Shown one piece after another: positions 22,404 to 34,704 of a DNA stretch of 64,000 nt. The notes beneath the pieces were generated by a model. That model was given only the letters and a program-made list of their open reading frames with translations. It had not been told where the DNA came from and searched no databases. The position numbers and the translations under genes were made by a program. The number at the start of each line of letters is the position of its first letter. Position 1 is the stretch's first letter. This stretch comes from a virus: the IMG/VR virus record IMGVR_UViG_3300050343_000110; one strand, given 5' to 3'.

Positions 22404-22413
22404 GGGGTAGATA

Positions 22414-23229
22414 ATGTCTGATTCATATATTGGGTATCAATGCACCAAACAGAATATCTGCTGCATTTCAGAAAGAGGATTTCGCTGGTTCTGACTTGGG
22501 CAACATTACTGTTAGTGGTGTGACACACGCAAACGCATATGCGTTGGATACAGATGTTGATGGTTCAAATGCCGAAAACCTTTATGTGGTTGTAGATAAC
22601 GTGGTTCAAGAACCAGAGGTAGCATTTACAATTCACGAGAATGCAAGTCAACAACCAAGAATTATTAAGTTTGCTGGTTCTCTCTTGTCAACCGCTTTCT
22701 ATCTATGTAGTTCATAGAGGTATCGGTTCTATGACAATGAAGCCGCCAACAGGTTCAGTTGGTGCAGATGAACTTGCAGCGAATCTAAAGTCATTCACTA
22801 CAGATGTATTTACTGCAAACGGTTCAACTGCCGCATTCACTTTATCAGAGACACCACCAAACGCAAACTCAGTTTTGGTTTTCGTTGATGGTATCTTACA
22901 GAAGGCGTCAACCAACTATTCTATCTCAGGAACAACTCTGACATTCACATCTAATCCAGATAATAATTCAGAGATTGAAGCAAAACACATGGGTATTCGT
23001 GGAGTGGTTCGCAGAAGCACAGACTTTATCTATGATTCATTTACTGGTGATGGTTCAGACACTACATTCACTTTAAGTAATAATGGTGCAACAACAAATA
23101 GTGCGTTTGTATTTTACAATGGTATAGCACTTAAACCAACAACTGATTATGCCATTAGTGGTACTACTTCTAACAACAACATTTGCACCAGTAGAAAATT
23201 CAGAAATAATGGTGAGGTATCAAATCTAA
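22414..23229 (+). CDS. structural protein with three FxGDGS..FTL / VxVDxVxQ repeat domains (frameshifted)
   Basis: MSDSYIG start; repeats visible across ORFs 22430 and 22641. Confidence 0.65.
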
Positions 23230-24610
23230 TGCCAAGTAATTCAAAAAATATCGCAGAATCACAAATTTACGATGTAAACTCAACGGCCACTGGTGCATTT
23301 GACTTGCCATCAGGAACTACGGCACAAAGGCCTGGTTCACCAAATAGTGGACAAGCTAGATTTAATAGCACCATTGGTTCATTAGAATTTTATGATGGAA
23401 TTGGTTGGGTGCAAACAAATTTAACTCCAACAATAAATTCTATTACTGGAAACATTAATAATGGGTATGGATCTAACTTTGACTTTAAACGTATCTAATT
23501 CCACTGATACTGTTTCTCTTCAATATAAAGAAGGAAAACTCAGTAGTGGCAACAGTCGGTAATGTTGGAATAAGTGGTGGAACTGGTACTACTGTTGTTC
23601 CTGCCGCAGTTTATGGACAAACTGCTGGTGATACACTTACTCTTACTGTATTAAATGCAGATGGAACACCTAGTACAAATACAGTAACAAAAACTGTTCT
23701 TGCCGCACCAACTGGTGGAGCTATTACAACAAGTGGTAACTTTAGAATTCATACATTTACATCATCAGGAACTTTTGCCGCATCTGGGTTTTCTATTTCA
23801 AATGCAGAATATCTTGTAATCGCTGGTGGTGGTGGCGGCGGTGCTGATATTTCTGGTGGGTGGCGGAGCAGGCGGTTATCGTTCTTCAGTTGTAGGACAA
23901 GGTTCTGGCGGGGGCGGTTCTGCCGAGGCAAGAATTACTGTGGCACAAGGAAACCACACTGTGACAATTGGCGCCGGTGGCGCTGGTGGAACAGGCTTGG
24001 CACAAGAGATACCGATACAACAACAGGAACAACTGGAAGTAACTCTGTTTTTGGTTCAATAACATCAACGGGCGGTGGAGGCGGTGGCGTTTACGGTGCC
24101 GCTAACTCGACACGGAGAGATGGTAAAGCAGGCGGTTCTGGTGGCGGCAGTGGCGCTGGTGACGCTGGTGACCGTGGCATAGCAGGCGCTGGTACTAGTG
24201 GCCAAGGTTATGTGGGCGGCCGTGGTTCTGAAGGTAATCCATATGACGGTGGTGGCGGCGGTGGTGCTGGTGCAGCTGGTGGTGATAGGGCATCTGCAAC
24301 TCAAGGTGGCGCAGGCGGAGCTGGTGTATCATCAAATATAACAGGTTCAGCCGTAACTCGAGCTGGCGGTGGCGGTGGTGCTTGTTATAATAATGCCGAT
24401 TCAAGCACACCTGTTGGCGGTGTTGGTGGATCTGGCGGCGGTGGCCGAGGTGGCGCTGGAAGTGGTAGTGGTGCATTGAATGTTGGTGTTGATGGCACTG
24501 TGAACACTGGTTCTGGTGGAGGCGGTAGTTCTTGGAACGGTGCTCCAATCGCTGGTGCCGATGGTGCTTCAGGTATTGTCATTGTAAGATATGACATGAC
24601 GGCTAATTAG
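23229..24610 (+). CDS. glycine-rich fibre/adhesin protein, copy 2 (frameshifted)
   Basis: TAATG coupling; PSGTTAQRP; HTFTSSGTF, YLVIAGGGGG, GASGIVIVRY. Confidence 0.7.
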
Positions 24611-24622
24611 GAGATTATGTAA

Positions 24623-24974
24623 ATGTCACATTACGCAAAAGTAGAAAAAGGTAAAGTAATTAAGGTTATAGTTGCCGAAGAAGAGTTTTTTTGAAACATT
24701 TGTAGATGACACACCGGGCGAGTGGGTTAAAACAAGTTATAATACAAAGGCAGGTGAACATACTGAAGGGGGAACACCTTTAAGAAAAAATTATGCTGGA
24801 GTAGATTGGAACTATGATGGAGTAGGTTTCTTCCCACCACAACCCTTTAATAGTTGGACACTAAATGATACAACATATTTATGGGAGCCTCCTGTAGATT
24901 ATCCATCAGATTATGATGGGAGCAATTATACTTGGAATGAAACAAATAAAAGATGGGTTGAGACAACCGAATAA
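24623..24974 (+). CDS. small partner protein, copy 2 (frameshifted)
   Basis: MSHYAKV...LRKNYAG...PQPFNSWTLN...WEPPV. Confidence 0.7.
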
Positions 24975-25004
24975 ATAATAATGGAAAACAAAGGTAGAAA
25001 CTAA

Positions 25005-25630
25005 ATGGCATATATAGGAGCAGCAACCAACCTATGGTGTATTTGATAGACAAGTATTGGCAGGTGATGGTACAACCACATCTTTCAATCTTGATCATAT
25101 GGCCGTACCAACATCTTTGTTGGTCGTATTAGATGGTGTTGTACAAGAACCAGAACATTCATATTCAACTAATCTTGCTGCCGGACAACCAAAGATTACT
25201 TTTTCAGAAGCACCAGATAACGGTGGTAGAATCTCTATTGTATATCTTGGTAATGAGATTCTTACTGCAACTCCTGCCACTTCATCTACATTTATAGATG
25301 AGTTTAATGGTGATGGTTCTGATACCACATTTACATTGACAAGAACTCCTGCCGCAAACACTGCTGGAAACTTTGCTGTATTTGTAGATAATGTATATCA
25401 AAGATATGGTTCTTCATATGCATACACGGTTAATGGTGCAACGTATTAACATTTACTTCTGCTCCACCTTCTGGAACAAATAACATTCAATGTATTCAAT
25501 TGAATGGTGTGAACACACTAAATACTATTGCAGATGGTTCAATCAGTTTCAAAGATTGCGAAAGTTCAACAGGGACGTATTCGACCAAGCAGAAGATGAC
25601 GCAACAGCATTGGCAATTGCTTTAGGATAA
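25005..25630 (+). CDS. structural protein MAYIG...ATALAIALG (frameshifted)
   Basis: Two GDG..F repeat domains; terminal motifs read directly from DNA. Confidence 0.65.
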
Positions 25631-25644
25631 TATAGGAAAAAAAC

Positions 25645-25981
25645 ATGGCGAACACATTCAAGAATGCAGCACTGGCAAACGTAAGTCCAATAGTTCTTAT
25701 CAGACATTATATACTACCCCTGCAGCATACACAAACAGTTATTTTAGGACTTGCAATTGCAAACAAGACAACGAGTGCAGTTACAGTCCAAGTACAATTC
25801 AGAGATAGTTCTGCATCGGCCGACTTTCAGTTACTAGATGGTGTAACCATCCCAGCAAATACAACACTAGAAACACTTGCTGGACAGAAGTATATTCTTA
25901 GAGGCCGCAGACATTCTAAAAGTAAAAGCCGGAACTGGTTCGGCACTAGATGTCGTTCTTGGTTTCATGGAAAAAGCATAA
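25645..25981 (+). CDS. small structural protein (MANxFKN family, copy 2; frameshifted)
   Basis: MANTFKNAA...IANKT..AVTVQV...GQKYIL; paralog of 22056. Confidence 0.7.
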
Positions 25982-25993
25982 GGGGAGTAATCT

Positions 25994-26787
25994 ATGCCGT
26001 ATCTTGGAAGTACACCAAATGCTAGTTTCTCTTCAAGAACTAAACAAGACTTTACTGCAAACGGTAGTACAACAGCATTCACATTAAGTAGTGCAGTTGC
26101 TTCTGCAAACGATATTGAAGTATTCGTAGGTAATGTTCGCCAAGAACCTACTGATGCTTATACCGTTAACGGAACAACTCTTACAATGTCTGAAGCGCCT
26201 GCAACTGGAATTGAACTTCTATGTCGTATTCAAAGCAACTAGAAGAGAACTCAGTCGTTCCAGCAGATGGAACTATCTCTACTGCAAAGATTGCTGCTAA
26301 CGCAGTTACTACTGCAAAGATTACAAACGCAAATATCACTCAGGCAAAATTAGCATCTGGTGTCGCTGGCAACGGCCCTTCATTTTCAGCATACTTAAAC
26401 TCAAATTTCAGTATATCGAATACAACACATACAAAACTGCGATTTGACGCAGAAGAGTGGGATAGTGATGGTTGTTTCGACAGTACAACAAACTTTCGTT
26501 TTACACCAAATGTGGCAGGATATTATATGATTGGTGGTCACTTCCAACCAAACGCAAGTTACACCGTAGGAACTACCACCCTTTATAAAAATGGAAATTT
26601 ATATAGAGTTTTACATTGGAATCAACAAAGTGCAACAACACCAGCGCCTGTTGGTGGAACAACTTTGGTTCATATGAACGGAAGTAGTGATTATGTAGAA
26701 CTTTATGGGTACATGACTGTTGGCCAACAAATTCAATCAGGCAGTGAGTGGACATGGTTTCAAGGACACATGGTGAGGAGTGCTTAA
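25994..26787 (+). CDS. fibre protein with C1q/TNF-like head (frameshift ~26230)
   Basis: MPYLG start, FTANGS repeat; FSAY...FDAEEWD...RFTPNVAGYY...DYVELY. Confidence 0.7.
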
Positions 26788-26957
26788 TGACTTTGTATGA
26801 AAAAATAATAAAATTACACGATTCATTAAAAATTTCTGATTTCGATTTTGGTGGAACAATTGAACTAAGAAATGATGGTGATGGTGATTACATTGCAAAG
26901 TGGAATCATAAGACAATTAAACAACCAACACAATCAGAACTAGATGCTGTGGAGTAA
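26787..26957 (+). CDS. XkdW-like small protein
   Basis: LRNDGDGDYIAKWN...QPTQSEL motif; TAATG coupling. Confidence 0.6.
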   Translation: MTLYEKIIKLHDSLKISDFDFGGTIELRNDGDGDYIAKWNHKTIKQPTQSELDAVE

Positions 26958-26961
26958 ATAG

Positions 26962-28054
26962 ATGCCATTAAGTAAAATACAAGGAATTGAAGGACAGGTT
27001 ACACCAAATCTTGGTCGTAGGAATCTTATCATTAACGGCGCTATGCAGGTCAACCAACGAGGCACTAATTCTAATATTACCTCTGGCAGTGCCAATTTCG
27101 GCCCAGATAGATATAAATTTCAAATTAATGATTTAGGAACTTGGGAACTAAGTCAATCAACAATAGTGCCTTCTGGTCAAGGATTTTCAAATAGTCTTAA
27201 ATTAAATTGCACGACGGCTGACACTTCAGTTGCAGCGGCCTCTTATTTATTACTGCAACAAAGAATAGAAGGTGCCCACCTTCAGCATTTTAATTGGGGT
27301 ACATCTTCAGCAAAAAATTTAACATGGTCGTTTTGGATAAGGTCAACTAAGACTGGAACTGTTAGCGTAGAGTTTCAACACCAAAAATACCAGTGGTAAT
27401 TATTATACTAGAAGTAGCACTTTTACTATTAGTGCTTCAAATACATGGGAAAAGAAAACTATTACTGTACCGTCTAACACAGCACAAGACGTTAAAAATC
27501 ATCAAGGTGACGGAATTTATCTTTCATTTTGGTTTACCGCTGGAACTGACTGGACATCTGGCACATTTAATACTAGTACTTATTCAACTGGCGTATCAAA
27601 CACCACTCGTGTTTCTAGTTCTGTACCAAACCATGCAGATAGTACAAACAATGAAATTTACTTAACTGGAATACAGCTAGAGGTTGGCGATACTGCTACA
27701 GATTTTGAACACCGCTCCTATGCAGAAGAGCTTGCGCTTTGTCAAAGATATTTCTATAGGTTCACTGGACACGGTACATTATTCTACGCTGATTATTACT
27801 CTAACGATACGTTTATCACTAAAGAACCATTGCCAGTTGAAATGAGGGTTAATCCTACAGTAACTACAAGAGGAACTGGTGGAAGTGGTAATACAGCATT
27901 TTCTTATACAAATTTAGCAGCAACTCCTACTATAAGTGCATCAGGCAAAACTTCAGTTGCCGTATATAGAGGCGTAGCATCTGCGGCAAGAACATATATC
28001 CACATATATAACACCACAGCTGCTTATTCAGTAGATGCAAGTGCAGAGTTATAG
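26962..28054 (+). CDS. fibre/adhesin with carbohydrate-binding-like domain (frameshift ~27388)
   Basis: RRNLIINGAMQVNQRG...NTWEKK...GIQLEVG...EELALCQRYF. Confidence 0.75.
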
Positions 28055-28065
28055 GAGAAGATGAC

Positions 28066-28242
28066 ATGAATATTACATCAGCACAATGGTTTGACGGCCC
28101 AACCGGCAACGAGAAGGGGGTTATTAAAGCTATTATTGATGGTCAAGTAATGTGGGTGCCTCCAGAAATAGGCAACACAGAATATGATGAAATCTTAAAA
28201 CAAGTTGCCGATGGCGACTTGACTATTGCAGATGCAGACTAA
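28066..28242 (+). CDS. small partner protein (TIxDAD family, copy 1)
   Basis: NTEYDEILKQVADGDLTIADAD; paralog of 30524. Confidence 0.7.
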   Translation: MNITSAQWFDGPTGNEKGVIKAIIDGQVMWVPPEIGNTEYDEILKQVADGDLTIADAD

Positions 28243-28264
28243 ATATGAAAAAGGAAATTAGATA

Positions 28265-29144
28265 ATGCCATTCATAGGACAACAACCAATAACAGGTGCA
28301 TACTCTAAGTTAGATGCTATTACAACATCTGCTACTGCAACATATAACTTGTTGTTGAATGGTAGTGCATACTCTCCTGCTAGTGCAAATCATTTGTTGG
28401 TTTCACTTAATGGTGTTATGCAGGCTCCACAAGATAGCTTCACAGTATCAGGTTCAACAATCACATTCGCTTCTGCTCTAACAAGTTCTGATAACATCGA
28501 CTTTATCATGGCACTTGGAGATGTTCTTAATATTGGAACACCAAGTGACGGAACGGTTACTGCTGGAAAGATCGCCAGTGGTGCAGTGACAGATGCAAAA
28601 CTGGCATCTACTCTAGACCTATCTGGTAAAACAGTTACACTACCAACTGGAACAGGTGGAAAAGTTTTACAAGTTGTACAAGGATTTGTTGGCACCACGG
28701 CTACTATAGCTTCGTCAAACACTAATAATTATGCAGACTTTACTGGCCTGTCTGCTTCAATTACACCATTATCGACATCATCTAAGATACTTGTTCAGGT
28801 AGATGTTAATTTTGGTTTTGAAGTTGGTACAATTCATTTCAGAGTAGTGAGGGGTTCAACAGCAATTGGAGTTCATACTGGCACACTAGGAGGCACTAGG
28901 CTTGCCTCATCTAAATCCTTCAGAGTGGCAGCAACACCTTATGCAATTCAATCTGCGAATGCTACCCTGACGCATCTTGATTCACCTAACACTACAAGTG
29001 CAACAACATACAAGTTACAGGGTACGTTAGGTGCAACTTATAACTCCAATATGTATATGAATCGACCCCTACCATATGGGTGATACTAATGATTATAATG
29101 CAAGAAGTTCGTCAACAATTATTTTAATGGAGATTGCGGCATGA
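28265..29144 (+). CDS. fibre/adhesin protein (frameshift near end)
   Basis: MPFIGQQP start; GKVLQVVQ...DSPNTTSATTYK...STIILMEIAA head. Confidence 0.75.
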
Positions 29145-29475
29145 TACATGAGGCTATTATTAAACTTTATCCTTCTGTTAAAAGTGTTGTTGGTGAAGAC
29201 ACCCCCCTGTAGCATATGATGCAAACGGCGATGTTGTTTCTTGGGATGCAACTGCTGTTGCAGCGAAAGAGAAAGAATTGTTAGATGCTTATAAGTTGAG
29301 TTACTTGCGATATGAAAGAAACTTAAAACTTACAGAAACAGATTGGGTTGTCACTATGCACAAAGAGTTGGGAACAAACATTCCTACTGCATGGAAAACA
29401 TACAGACAGGCATTAAGAGATATAACAGATGATGCAACATCGCTTGATGATGTTACATGGCCGGAGAAACCATAA
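29141..29475 (+). CDS. tail fibre assembly chaperone-like (frameshifted)
   Basis: LRYERNLKLTETDW...WKTYRQALRDIT...WPEKP. Confidence 0.75.
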
Positions 29476-30512
29476 TGGCATTGATTAAAGTAAATAATAG
29501 AGGACAAGGGGTGCCTGTCAAGAATCTTATTGTCAACGGAAATTTTGAAGTTGACCAGAGAGGCTCTTTAGCATCGCCAGTTACGTCTGCATCATCAACA
29601 TATCCTAGAAGTGTTGATGGAAACTGGATGGGTGTAGAAGTGACTGATGGACAAATTTCTATGGGTAAAGTTGCTGATGCACCAGCTGGAACTGGACTCC
29701 AATCTTCTTTAAAAGTAACAGTTACATCAGCTGATACATCTTTAGCGGCAAACCAAAGGTGTCAGGCCTCACATTCAATAGAAGCATCTACTTGGCAACA
29801 CCTTGATTGGCATACTTCAAATGCAAAACCTATTGCAGTTCAGTTTTGGGTAAAAAGTTCTATAACTGGAACTTTTGGTTTTACATTTAGAACTTCTGGT
29901 GCTGGAATGTCTTATACTCATCCATATACAATTAGTTCTGCTAATACTTGGGAAAAGAAAACATTTACTATTGCCGGCCCAACATCTGTTTTAGGTGGTA
30001 GTGTTGGTTCTAGTACAGATATTTTTTACTATGTAATTTTTGCTTTAGGAATTGGTACTGATTTTGATACTGGTGCTAATGGTGCATGGACTGCTGTTGG
30101 TAATGGTCAAGGAAGAAGTTCTCATACAAGTCTAATTGGAACAAATGGTGCAACTTGGCAAATGACTGGTTTTCAAATTGAAGAGGGTACTATTCATTCA
30201 GAATTTAAACACGAATCATTTGCAGAAAATCTAGAAAAATGTCAGAGGTATTTTGTAAATTGTGGTAAATGGTTTGTTCAAGGGTACGGTTATGGTACTG
30301 GTTCAGATGGTTCTGGGAGTCCTTTAATGTTTCCAACGAGAATGAGAGCTGCACCAACAATAACACAAACTAATGGTTCTGATGGTGGTTCTTCCTCTTC
30401 TATGAATTTTAATTATATAACTACTACTGGTTGTTCCCCAGAATCAAGAAATACTGGTTCTGGACAAGCTGTTTGGTATCATGCAGATATTACTCTTAGT
30501 GCAGAAATTTAA
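29475..30512 (+). CDS. fibre/adhesin with carbohydrate-binding-like domain, copy 2
   Basis: KNLIVNGNFEVDQRG...ANTWEKK...CQRYF; paralog of 26962. Confidence 0.8.
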   Translation: MALIKVNNRGQGVPVKNLIVNGNFEVDQRGSLASPVTSASSTYPRSVDGNWMGVEVTDGQISMGKVADAPAGTGLQSSLKVTVTSADTSLAANQRCQASHSIEASTWQHLDWHTSNAKPIAVQFWVKSSITGTFGFTFRTSGAGMSYTHPYTISSANTWEKKTFTIAGPTSVLGGSVGSSTDIFYYVIFALGIGTDFDTGANGAWTAVGNGQGRSSHTSLIGTNGATWQMTGFQIEEGTIHSEFKHESFAENLEKCQRYFVNCGKWFVQGYGYGTGSDGSGSPLMFPTRMRAAPTITQTNGSDGGSSSSMNFNYITTTGCSPESRNTGSGQAVWYHADITLSAEI

Positions 30513-30523
30513 GGAAATTAATA

Positions 30524-30712
30524 ATGACACAATATAAAAATGCAGTTTGGAATATTAGAAAGGCTCCAGATGGAGAGGTGATGAGTAAAAATATTCAAGT
30601 AGAAATTAATGGTGTAATGTCACATATACCAAGTGACGAAAATAATTCAGATTATATAGAAATTCTAAAACAAGTGGCAGATGGCACACTAACAATCAAA
30701 GACGCAGACTAA
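30524..30712 (+). CDS. small partner protein (TIxDAD family, copy 2)
   Basis: NSDYIEILKQVADGTLTIKDAD. Confidence 0.75.
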   Translation: MTQYKNAVWNIRKAPDGEVMSKNIQVEINGVMSHIPSDENNSDYIEILKQVADGTLTIKDAD

Positions 30713-30735
30713 ATAAAAGAAACAGGAAAAGATAG

Positions 30736-33700
30736 ATGCCAATTTCACAAATTAAAACTGATGGTATAGCCAGTGATGCTGTAACCCAACCAAAGATTAA
30801 AGATAATATAACTTTGGATGGTACAGAGTTTGTTCGTGTGCCTGCAGGCACAACAGCGCAACGTCCATCTAGTGCTGCCGGTGGACAACTTAGATTTAAT
30901 ACTGACATTGGAACTTTAGAGCAGTATAACACACTTACTTCTGCTTGGCAGGCAATTGACAGTCCGCCTATTATAACTTCTGTTACTCTCGCTGGTTCAG
31001 CAACAGCCGCTAATCCTGCTGGTGGTGAGACAGTTACAATCACAGGTTCAAACTTTAAGGCAGGCGCAACGGTGACTATTGGTACTACTGCTGCTAGTTC
31101 TGTGACTATTAATTCTACTACACAAATTACAATAACTCTACCCGCTAAAACTGCTGGTGACTATGATGTTAAGGTAACAAATACAAATGGACTTGCTGCA
31201 ACAGCAACTAATGCTATTTCATACAATGGAACACCAGCGTTTACAACTGCGTCTGGTAACTTAGGAAGTCTTGCTGAGGATGTCGCAATGTCAACGATTA
31301 CTATTGTTGCGGCTGAACCAGATGGTGGAACACTTGCGTATTCAGTAACTAGCGGTGCATTACCTACTGGTGTTTCTTTAGGTTCTGCAAATGGACAACT
31401 AACTGGAACTCCCAATGTAAACCCTTCTGCTAATACAACATTCAACTTTACTGTAACTGCAACTGATGATGAGAATCAGACAAACAGTAGAGCATTTAAT
31501 CTAATTGTTCTTCGTCCTATCTATGCGACTAGTATTGCTAACAGTTTAGTATTTAACGATAATGATAGCACGAGATTGTATCGCACACATACTGCCGGTA
31601 ATCGTAAGACTTGGACTTATAGTTTCTGGATTAAACGTCTACATTTGGATTTAGGATATCAAACTCTCTTCCACACAGGTGCTGCAAATGGAAACTACTT
31701 TAATATGTCCTTTGGCACCAACAATAAGATTTTTATAAGTACATGGGCTGGCGCATTTCTGGGTACAACTAGAGAATTTCGTGATGGCCACGGTTGGATG
31801 CACATAGTCCTGGCCGTAGATACTACACAGGCAACTGCTACGGACAGATTCAAAATTTATGTAAATGGCGAATCACAAACATATAGCACAAACAGTATTA
31901 ATTCGCAGTTTGCACAAAATGCCGACACGCCCGTAAATCAGGCGCAACAACATACAATAGGTAGTAGAAATCCTTACAATACTGATGTCATTCTGGATGC
32001 CTATCTAGCAGATGTTCACTTTGTTGACGGTTCGGCACTTGCTCCGACTTCTTTTGCAGAATCCTTTAATAATGTATGGGTGCCTAAGGCATACTCTGGA
32101 AGTTATGGAACTAATGGATTCAAACTTGATTTTGCTGATTCAGCTGCGCCTGGAAATGATGTTTCTGGGGAGAACCATGATTGGTCAGCAACTGCTTTCA
32201 CTGCAAGTGACAATTCAATTGATTCGCCTACTAACAACTTTGCAACCCTTTCTCAAATTACAATGGGATCAAGTAATTCACTGAAAATAGGCGGCCTAAC
32301 TATTAATGGAGTTTATTCTGCTGACTTGTCTGGTTTTACTGGATCACAATTTCTTAATAGTGGTAAATGGTATTGGGAAGTGCGGGCAAACAGCACTGGC
32401 ACATATCCATACATAGGTATTACTACACAAGAAAAGACAATGAGAACTGCGGCAAGTGGAAGTTATTATAGTATTGCTTGGAACGCCGCCGGCACTGCTG
32501 TTTCAAGTGGCAGCGATATGGGAACAATCACAAAAACTAATGTTGAATCATATGGAAACGGTGATGTTATAATGATTGCAGTGGATGTGGATGCTAGAAA
32601 AATTTGGTGGGGCGAAAACGGTACTTGGTCGAATAGTGGCAACCCAGCAAACGGTACTGGTGAGCGTGCCTCATGGACAGTGAATGAACCTATCACTCCA
32701 TCTTTTATGGGTTATAATGGCCAAGGGGTAGGAACTAACTTTAACTTTGGTCAAGATTCTACTTTTGCTGGCAACGAAACCGTTGCAACAAATTCTGACA
32801 GTAATGGCATTGGCGAATTCCATGAAACTGTACCAGCAGGCTTCCTTGCTATTTGCTCTAAAAACCTATCAGAATCATCAATCAATACAACAACTGATGA
32901 TCGTCCAGAAGATTACTTCACAACAACTCTTTACGTTGGTGATAATTCTAATGATAGAACTATTACTACAGGATTCACGCCAGATTTTGTTTGGTTAAAA
33001 GCCAGAAACTCAACTAGTACTCACACCTTGTACGATTCAATTAGGGGAAATACACATTGGATTTCTACTGTCAGCAATCCGGCGCAGGTCACTAACTCTT
33101 CGTTGGGATGGGGAGATTCAGGCCCTACAACTAATGGATTTAAAGTTTATAAGGGAACAAATGCAGCTATCAATAATACTGGAACGAATATGGTTGCATG
33201 GACTTGGAAGGCCGGTGGCGCTCCAACTGCATCAAACTCTAATACGTCTGGTGCTATGACAGCAAACTCAGTTTCACTTAATGGAACACTTCAATCTTCA
33301 TACACACCATCTGGTTCACCTACTCAGTATCCAACAAAAATGTCTATAAACACAAAGGCAGGATTTAGTATTGTCGGTTGGACTGGCGCTGGGGCCATCA
33401 AAACTCTTCCTCATGGTTTGAGTTCTGCACCAGAAATGATGGTACTAAAAGGAACAGATGCTAGAGTTTGGTCAATATGGCATAAGGACTTGACAAGTGG
33501 TGCTTATTATGTAAACTTCTCATCAACTAATAATCAAAGTTCTGATAACGCTATGTTTAACAGTGCTGTTCCAGATGCCAATCTATTTACCATAGGAACT
33601 TACAATTATGTAAATACTGTACCTTACTTTGGTTACTTCTGGCATTCAGTTCCAGGCTACAGTAAAATAGGCAAGTATGTTGGTCAGAATGTTGCTAATG

Positions 33701-33999
33701 ATGGGCCATTTATAGAGTTGGGATTCAAGCCCGCTTGGATTATGTTAAAATCTTTGCAAGCTTCTACTCCATGGCAAATTTATGACAATAAAAGGTCTCC
33801 AGTTAATCCTGTCAATGAGGATTTGATTGCACAAGGTGATAATGCAGAACCTTATTCCACAAATTCACAGTTAGATTTTGTTGCCAACGGTTTTAAGTTG
33901 ATGGCTGGTGGTAATAATGGTTGGAACAACTATAATACTGGCACTTGGATTTACATGGCATTTGCAGAAGACCCATTTAAGTATTCCGAGGCTCGGTAA
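30736..33999 (+). CDS. large adhesin: IPT/TIG + Ig-like + LamG/ConA-like + SPRY-like domains
   Basis: GGETVTITGSNF (IPT); SGALPTGVSL (Ig); WMHIVLAVD (LamG); SGKWYWEV (SPRY); YMAFAE end. Confidence 0.8.
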   Translation: MPISQIKTDGIASDAVTQPKIKDNITLDGTEFVRVPAGTTAQRPSSAAGGQLRFNTDIGTLEQYNTLTSAWQAIDSPPIITSVTLAGSATAANPAGGETVTITGSNFKAGATVTIGTTAASSVTINSTTQITITLPAKTAGDYDVKVTNTNGLAATATNAISYNGTPAFTTASGNLGSLAEDVAMSTITIVAAEPDGGTLAYSVTSGALPTGVSLGSANGQLTGTPNVNPSANTTFNFTVTATDDENQTNSRAFNLIVLRPIYATSIANSLVFNDNDSTRLYRTHTAGNRKTWTYSFWIKRLHLDLGYQTLFHTGAANGNYFNMSFGTNNKIFISTWAGAFLGTTREFRDGHGWMHIVLAVDTTQATATDRFKIYVNGESQTYSTNSINSQFAQNADTPVNQAQQHTIGSRNPYNTDVILDAYLADVHFVDGSALAPTSFAESFNNVWVPKAYSGSYGTNGFKLDFADSAAPGNDVSGENHDWSATAFTASDNSIDSPTNNFATLSQITMGSSNSLKIGGLTINGVYSADLSGFTGSQFLNSGKWYWEVRANSTGTYPYIGITTQEKTMRTAASGSYYSIAWNAAGTAVSSGSDMGTITKTNVESYGNGDVIMIAVDVDARKIWWGENGTWSNSGNPANGTGERASWTVNEPITPSFMGYNGQGVGTNFNFGQDSTFAGNETVATNSDSNGIGEFHETVPAGFLAICSKNLSESSINTTTDDRPEDYFTTTLYVGDNSNDRTITTGFTPDFVWLKARNSTSTHTLYDSIRGNTHWISTVSNPAQVTNSSLGWGDSGPTTNGFKVYKGTNAAINNTGTNMVAWTWKAGGAPTASNSNTSGAMTANSVSLNGTLQSSYTPSGSPTQYPTKMSINTKAGFSIVGWTGAGAIKTLPHGLSSAPEMMVLKGTDARVWSIWHKDLTSGAYYVNFSSTNNQSSDNAMFNSAVPDANLFTIGTYNYVNTVPYFGYFWHSVPGYSKIGKYVGQNVANDGPFIELGFKPAWIMLKSLQASTPWQIYDNKRSPVNPVNEDLIAQGDNAEPYSTNSQLDFVANGFKLMAGGNNGWNNYNTGTWIYMAFAEDPFKYSEAR

Positions 34000-34057
34000 A
34001 ATTATATAAACATCTAATACACAATCCTTATAAATAGAACAAAGGAGACTGTGTTCG

Positions 34058-34393
34058 ATGGCAACTATTTCTAATTTATTTATTGACCAAGACGCTGACT
34101 TCACCACAACGGTGACAGTCAACGATTCTACTGGTACTCCACTTGACTTGACAAATTTTACTGCACTTGCAATGTTACGAAAATCGTATCAATCATCAAC
34201 TGCAACTACATTTACTTCTGCATTCGTTTCTCCACGAACCACAGGACAAATCACAATTTCACTAACAGACACGCAAACCTCTGCTCTTGAATCTGGACGT
34301 TACGTTTATGACTTAGTTATAACCGATGCATCTGGTAATAAGACAAGGGTGGTAGAAGGTATTGCAACTGTAAACCCAAGCGTATCAAGGTAG
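34058..34393 (+). CDS. conserved virion structural protein
   Basis: NLFIDQDADF...GRYVYDL...RVVEGIATVNP; late promoter at 34029. Confidence 0.75.
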   Translation: MATISNLFIDQDADFTTTVTVNDSTGTPLDLTNFTALAMLRKSYQSSTATTFTSAFVSPRTTGQITISLTDTQTSALESGRYVYDLVITDASGNKTRVVEGIATVNPSVSR

Positions 34394-34397
34394 AACT

Positions 34398-34685
34398 ATG
34401 GCAATCACAGCAACAGTAAATACAACAAGAAGTGTAGTGGGTTCGGTATCGCAAGGTAATCAACCTCAAGTAACTCGTGTAACAGTGCCAGGCCCCAAAG
34501 GGGATACTGGACTTGCTGGTTCTGCACAGAATCAGATATCAGCAGCATCTGATGTAGACATTACATCATTTCCTCTGCAAGATGGTTCTCTATTACAATA
34601 CAGACAATCGACTGGTAAGTGGACTGCAAGAAATGAACTCGATACAACTTCTGGAAACCTCGTGCTGAGTGGTGGAAGTTTTTAA
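34398..34685 (+). CDS. small structural protein
   Basis: VPGPKGD, SDVD..DGSLLQY..GKW, ends GGSF. Confidence 0.7.
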   Translation: MAITATVNTTRSVVGSVSQGNQPQVTRVTVPGPKGDTGLAGSAQNQISAASDVDITSFPLQDGSLLQYRQSTGKWTARNELDTTSGNLVLSGGSF

Positions 34686-34704
34686 CTAATAGGAAGAAAG
34701 TAAA

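Noticed and set aside
11900-24610. GGTGGCGGC-rich stretches as CRISPR or tandem DNA repeats
   Set aside because: They are poly-Gly coding sequence with no fixed repeat-spacer period.
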